The notes beneath the pieces are model-generated. The model made no database searches and was not told the origin of the DNA. It was given only the letters and a program-made list of their open reading frames with translations. The translations under genes were made by a program, and so were the position numbers. A stretch of DNA of 64,000 nt, taken from contig CAOJDX010000004.1 in assembly GCA_948433435.1 (NCBI GenBank), positions 1,058 through 65,057 on the forward strand. Reading direction: 5' to 3'. This DNA is from an uncultured Clostridia bacterium. GTDB taxonomy: Bacteria; Bacillota_I; Bacilli_A; RF39; UBA660. Of this stretch, positions 59,528 through 64,000 are shown one piece after another (position 1 is the stretch's first letter; each line of letters starts with the position of its first letter).

Positions 59528-59984
59528 ATGATTGATATCCATTCACATACCACATATTCTGATGATAGTTTTAGTGTAGGAAAACTTTTAAGGGAAGTAC
59601 AAAAAATTGGTTTAAGCTTATTATCAATAACAGATCATAATACTGTACAAGCATATTATGAACTACAAAATTCTGATATAAGAAATGAATTTGATGGGAA
59701 AATACTACCTGGAATTGAAATAACCACAACATATAAAGGTGAAACAATAGAAGTACTGGGATACGGCTTTTACAAAAGAACATGAAGATTATTTAGTAAA
59801 AATATGTGAAGAGAAAAAACTCTATATGAGCGGTGGTAGTGATTTCCATGGAACTAGAAAAACAAACCATAATCTAGGAACTGGAAATGGTAATTTATAT
59901 ATTAGTGAAAATATAGTCAAAAAATGGATTGATAGATATTTCCCCAGTTTTGAGAGTGTTGAAAAGAAAAAAGTAATGAGATAA
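59528..59984 (+). pseudogene. PHP-domain phosphoesterase, split by a +1 frameshift in a T-run at about 59768-59771
   Basis: MIDIHSHTTYSDDS PHP N-terminus. The 59528..59785 ORF stops at ...LGYGFYKRT*. The next frame continues TKEHEDYLVKICEEKKLYMSGGSDFHGT... to 59984. Confidence 0.55.
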
Positions 59985-60003
59985 TAATTAAAAGAGGTTA
60001 GAA

Positions 60004-61509
60004 ATGAATAATTTTTATATGAACATAAAACAGAACTTAAATTATAATAATCATATAAGAGAAATAATAAACGATTTCAATGAACTAAGTGATAATGAAA
60101 TCAAATCGTTATTTGACGATGATGAAATAGATTTTAATTGGAAAAGGGCTATTGCAGAATTTTGTGATAAGCGTATTATACAATTACCCTTTAATATATT
60201 TGCGAGTGTCTTATTTTATCTTGAAAATCCATATTTATTTGCTAGTAATTATAAAAATAGAATAAATACCTTATCCTTTGAAGAATTAGTAAGCTTAATT
60301 TATGATGTTAATCTAGATGCTGATTGTTTGGTAGAAATAACTAAAATGGAAGTTTTTAAAAAATATTTAAAAGAGGAAAAAGAACATCATCTTGGTACAA
60401 AATTACAAAGCTTTGTAATATTAAAGGAATTATATTTAAATAATTACGATATAAAACAGTTAAATTCTATAGGAATAAAAATTATAAATTTATTAGAAAT
60501 TTCACAGAATTATACAGAAGATATAAGAATTTTGATAGATGCTTATATGGAAAAAATAATTGAAAAAGATCAAGAAATAAACTTTGACAGTGATATTAAT
60601 GCAATAGGCATAAAGATGATGAACTATTACTATAAAAATCATAAAAAATTAAGTAATAAATTAATGGAATTTTACATTAGATTCCGTTTAAAAGACTTAA
60701 ATCTTCAAAATTGTTGTCAGAGGATAATTATTAGTAAAGATAATGAAGATAATGAAGATACCTGTGGCAGGTATCATGAATTAACAGGTACATTAGAAAT
60801 ATTTAGTAATTATTTAACAAAAAGATTAAGGGAAATTTTTAATAGGCTTAATTTTAACAACGAACATATGATAAATGACTTTATCAATTTGTCAGAATTA
60901 GAAATACTATCCCATGAATTAGGACATATAGTTAGATATAAAGAGTGGAAGGAATTTGAAACTAAAGAAGAAACTTTAAAAGATAATAAGTCATTGTATT
61001 ATTGGTATAAAGACCATTTATTACACCTTCTGCTAGGAGACAAAAAATATTATCAATTACATGAGAATTTTATAGAAGAAAATAGGGCGGATTTATTTTC
61101 TATATTTGATAGTAGTATTCAAATTAATAAATATTTTAAAGATTCATTTTCCAAAAAACAATTACAAAATTTATGTAAAAAAGATGCAGGGGATATTATA
61201 AAACTTTACACAAAACATAATGAAAGTAGTGAAAGTACAATAATAACTCCAATGCAAAAATTTGATGAATTTTTTAGTATTTACTTCCCCATAGAAGAAA
61301 AATATTTAATTAGACAGGATGAAAACTCAAATAATATTATGAATAATTTACTATTAGGTGATGAAATACCCAAATATGTTTTAACAGAATTTACCAAAAT
61401 AGCCAGTGGTGAAACCATTACAGATGATCTATATAAAGAAACATTAAAAATAATAGATGATGCCCAATACTGTAATTTAGAAGAAGTAAGAAAGCAAAGA
61501 AAAATATAG
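60004..61509 (+). CDS. Hypothetical protein with a HExxH motif (possible Zn-metallopeptidase-like)
   Basis: 501 aa. ILSHELGHIV is the only recognisable motif. Confidence 0.4.
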   Translation: MNNFYMNIKQNLNYNNHIREIINDFNELSDNEIKSLFDDDEIDFNWKRAIAEFCDKRIIQLPFNIFASVLFYLENPYLFASNYKNRINTLSFEELVSLIYDVNLDADCLVEITKMEVFKKYLKEEKEHHLGTKLQSFVILKELYLNNYDIKQLNSIGIKIINLLEISQNYTEDIRILIDAYMEKIIEKDQEINFDSDINAIGIKMMNYYYKNHKKLSNKLMEFYIRFRLKDLNLQNCCQRIIISKDNEDNEDTCGRYHELTGTLEIFSNYLTKRLREIFNRLNFNNEHMINDFINLSELEILSHELGHIVRYKEWKEFETKEETLKDNKSLYYWYKDHLLHLLLGDKKYYQLHENFIEENRADLFSIFDSSIQINKYFKDSFSKKQLQNLCKKDAGDIIKLYTKHNESSESTIITPMQKFDEFFSIYFPIEEKYLIRQDENSNNIMNNLLLGDEIPKYVLTEFTKIASGETITDDLYKETLKIIDDAQYCNLEEVRKQRKI

Positions 61510-61517
61510 GAGAGATT

Positions 61518-62351
61518 ATGATTATAAAAGAGATTATAAGTAAAGAATATTTAACTAAGTCTAAGCTTCCAGCAAGTGATTATGTGATCAATCCATATAT
61601 TGGTTGTCCCCATGGGTGCAAATATTGTTATGCATCATTCATGAAAAGATTTACAGGGCATACAGAAGATTGGGGAACCTTTACAGATATTAAAAGAAGT
61701 CAAAAGAAAATTAATTTAAAAAAAATAAGTAAAAAAAAGATCTTTTTATCTTCAGTAACAGATTGCTATAATCCTTTAGAAGAAAAATATAGATTGACTA
61801 GGAAAATCTTAGAACAGTTAGTTACCTCGGATTGTGAGTTATCTATTTCTACAAAATCAAAGTTAATCTTAAGAGATATTGATCTATTAAAAAAAATCAA
61901 AAATCTAACTGTAAGTATGTCCATTAATACACTAGATGAAGATTTTAGAAGAGATATGGATAATACATGTACAATAGAAGAAAGATTAAATACCTTGAAA
62001 GAATTACATGATAATGGTATTTACACTGTTTTATTTATGTCGCCTATATTTCCTTTTATTACAGAATGGAAAAAAATAATAGAAAGTTCTAAAGACTATA
62101 TAGATGAATATTGGTTTGAAAATCTTAATTTAAGAGGTCAATATAAAACTTATATAATGAACTATATTAAGGGAAAATATCCTCAATATTATGATAACTA
62201 TGTTAATATTTATATCAAAAAAGATAAAAAATATTGGAATGAATTAGCTAATGAAATCAATAATTATTGTGAAAAGAACGATATAAAATATATTAATTAT
62301 TTTTATCATGAAGAATTAGTAAAAAACAAGAAAGAAAAACAAAAAATATAG
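61518..62351 (+). CDS. Radical SAM protein of the SplB-like / 'DNA repair photolyase' (COG1533) type
   Basis: INPYIGCPHGCKYCYA: the CxxxCxxC cluster in a context typical of spore-photoproduct-lyase-like radical SAM enzymes. Confidence 0.55.
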   Translation: MIIKEIISKEYLTKSKLPASDYVINPYIGCPHGCKYCYASFMKRFTGHTEDWGTFTDIKRSQKKINLKKISKKKIFLSSVTDCYNPLEEKYRLTRKILEQLVTSDCELSISTKSKLILRDIDLLKKIKNLTVSMSINTLDEDFRRDMDNTCTIEERLNTLKELHDNGIYTVLFMSPIFPFITEWKKIIESSKDYIDEYWFENLNLRGQYKTYIMNYIKGKYPQYYDNYVNIYIKKDKKYWNELANEINNYCEKNDIKYINYFYHEELVKNKKEKQKI

Positions 62352-62515
62352 ATTGAAAATTATATATTTAACGAATAAAAAAAATTTAATCTTATTGTAA
62401 TTATTTATATCCCAAAATAGACTAATATATATCCAGACTTGAAAGAAAAATTAGAAGTTATTCTTTCTTTTTTTATCATTTTAAATCATTTTGTACTATC
62501 TAAGTATTATAAAAC

Positions 62516-62544
62516 TTGACAAAATTAAACAAAAGTAGTATAAT
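62516..62544 (+). promoter_or_regulatory. Consensus sigma-A promoter
   Basis: TTGACA, 17-nt spacer, TATAAT, 30 nt before the 62574 start. Confidence 0.65.
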
Positions 62545-62573
62545 ATGGACAATTTAATAAGGGGGGAAATAGT

Positions 62574-64000
62574 ATGACAAAGAAAATAAGAATAACATTA
62601 ATGGTTATAACTTTTTGTGGTATCATTTCGATTATAGGAGGAGTGAAGTTACAAACAAAATCAAATCAAACAAATATGATTGAAAATGAACCTTATGGAT
62701 ATTTAACATATAATACAGAACAATTTCGTTATTTATCAGATATTGAATATATCAAAGATCAAACATCTGTAGGTTGGGGAAGTATTCAATTTGATAAGAA
62801 CATTAATACAGGTAGTAATAATGGATTAATAACAGTTAATATAAATGGAGAGAAAAAATCCTTTATGAAAGGAGTACTTGCTCATGCAACTTCAACAGTT
62901 GTTTATGATATCAGCTCATATCACTATGATTATTTTACAGCATATTTAGGAGTAGATGCTAGTGTAGGAACAAACGGAAATGGGGTAAAATTTGCTATTT
63001 ATACTTCAAAAGATGGAGAAAATTGGGACTTAAAAACAGATGAAAAACCACCAGTATTAAAAGGAACTAGTGAATCAATTTTCGTAAAGATCGACATCAA
63101 AGATGTAAAATATTTAAAATTATATGCTCATAACAATGGAAATGATTCTTCTGATCATGCTGTTTATGCAGATGCCAAACTAATAAAAGAAGGATATGTA
63201 GAAGATACTAGTACAGTAGACTTTATAAAAACCGTAGAAGATTATGACAAAATAATTAAAAGTAAAAATTTATCAGATCAATTAACAACAAATGAATTAA
63301 CTATTCTTCAAAGAGAATTTGTAAGTAACGTGGGATATGACTTATTACAATCTTTTGTTAAATATAGTGATGAAAATAAAGAAGCTATTTCATGGCTAAT
63401 GAATGATGTAGAAAATTTAAGATTATATATCGTTGGAGGAAAACCAGAAGGAAGCTACATTAATTCAATTCGTGTATTAACAGAATTACATAGTAAGTAT
63501 AAAGAAGACTTTGAAAATAAAAATGTAACCAAATATGGAACAGTTTTAGGGGATCTATATAAGAAAATGGCCATTACATTATCTCTAACTCATTCCAAAC
63601 AAGTAGCATTATGGATGCAACCAAGTGCAAAAGAAAATCAATCAGATGCTGTAACTCGTTATGCTCTTTATAAACAGATGCATGCCAATGGAAACTTTTT
63701 AGTATCAGAAAGTAAAAATATAGATATAGCAAAATGGTTTGAAAGTTATAATGTAGAAGAAATGCGCTTTGTATTAAATAATATCATTGATGATGAAGAA
63801 ATTTTATGGTTAAATGAATATACTCAAAAACAAATAGATGCTCATCCAAATCAAGTGTGGAGCTATTTAACACCTCATCCATATATGGCTTATGTATGGC
63901 CTGATTATAGCAAAAAAGAATTTCATGATCCAGCAAGAAAAAGTTACTGGGATGAAAAATTTGATGGTATTTTCTCTAAATATGGAGTAACTTATAGTAC
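62574..64000 (+). CDS. Secreted protein with an N-terminal NPCBM-like carbohydrate-binding module followed by a large domain; partial, continues beyond the window
   Basis: Signal/TM segment, then VGWGSIQFDKN...KSFMKGVLAHATSTVVYDIS...YLGVDAS...KFAIYTSKDGENW (NPCBM/NEW2-like). No stop before 64000. Confidence 0.55.
   Translation, partial: MTKKIRITLMVITFCGIISIIGGVKLQTKSNQTNMIENEPYGYLTYNTEQFRYLSDIEYIKDQTSVGWGSIQFDKNINTGSNNGLITVNINGEKKSFMKGVLAHATSTVVYDISSYHYDYFTAYLGVDASVGTNGNGVKFAIYTSKDGENWDLKTDEKPPVLKGTSESIFVKIDIKDVKYLKLYAHNNGNDSSDHAVYADAKLIKEGYVEDTSTVDFIKTVEDYDKIIKSKNLSDQLTTNELTILQREFVSNVGYDLLQSFVKYSDENKEAISWLMNDVENLRLYIVGGKPEGSYINSIRVLTELHSKYKEDFENKNVTKYGTVLGDLYKKMAITLSLTHSKQVALWMQPSAKENQSDAVTRYALYKQMHANGNFLVSESKNIDIAKWFESYNVEEMRFVLNNIIDDEEILWLNEYTQKQIDAHPNQVWSYLTPHPYMAYVWPDYSKKEFHDPARKSYWDEKFDGIFSKYGVTYS

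Noticed and set aside
1-64000. CRISPR arrays, rRNA and tRNA genes
   Set aside because: No regularly spaced direct repeats with unique spacers were seen, and no rRNA- or tRNA-like sequences in the intergenic regions.

Overview
This is AT-rich (roughly 27-28% GC) chromosomal DNA from a low-GC Firmicute. An anaerobic Clostridia-type organism is likely, given rubrerythrin and a PerR-like regulator, a ChW-repeat GH25 muramidase and a BclA-like collagen-repeat protein. The window holds mostly co-directional + strand genes, in this order:
(1) A partial tsaB, then rimI and tsaD.
(2) An accessory cell-envelope glycopolymer island of about 26 kb. It carries an LtaS-family sulfatase-like transferase, two tandem SGNH-hydrolase/acyltransferase-3 pairs (a split OatA-like O-acetylation module), a TagGH-like ABC exporter, several GT2 and GT4 glycosyltransferases, a Wzx-type flippase, a GtrB-like polyprenol-phosphate glycosyltransferase, a GtrA-like protein with a putative GT-C partner, and a ChW-repeat GH25 muramidase with an internal tandem duplication.
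(3) A block of hypothetical genes: an XRE-HTH membrane regulator, a DUF2233 (NAGPA-like) phosphodiester glycosidase, and an atypical protein-kinase-like gene followed by a decayed paralog.
(4) Trigger factor.
(5) A perR-rubrerythrin pair.
(6) An unusually complete NAD salvage and biosynthesis cluster: pncA, pncB, nudix, nadE, a prs-like gene, nadD, pncC, an NrtR-like regulator and nadK. Upstream of two of its transcription units sits a shared palindromic element (TTGTTATTAACAA), a candidate NrtR operator.
(7) A GH3 NagZ-like hexosaminidase, a collagen-like (GPT)n protein and a J-domain-like protein.
(8) A rearranged accessory patch. A 2,975 bp segment, bounded by 154-bp near-perfect inverted repeats (3.3 kb overall), interrupts an ABC permease gene. 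It carries a Zn-ribbon protein, an ASCH/PUA-like protein, a frameshifted radical-SAM-like Gp37/Gp68 (DUF5131) gene and membrane proteins. A frameshifted PHP phosphoesterase, a HExxH protein, a second SplB-like radical SAM gene and the start of an NPCBM-domain secreted protein follow.
No rRNA, tRNA or CRISPR array was recognised. All functional calls rest on motifs read from the ORF translations, not on database searches.
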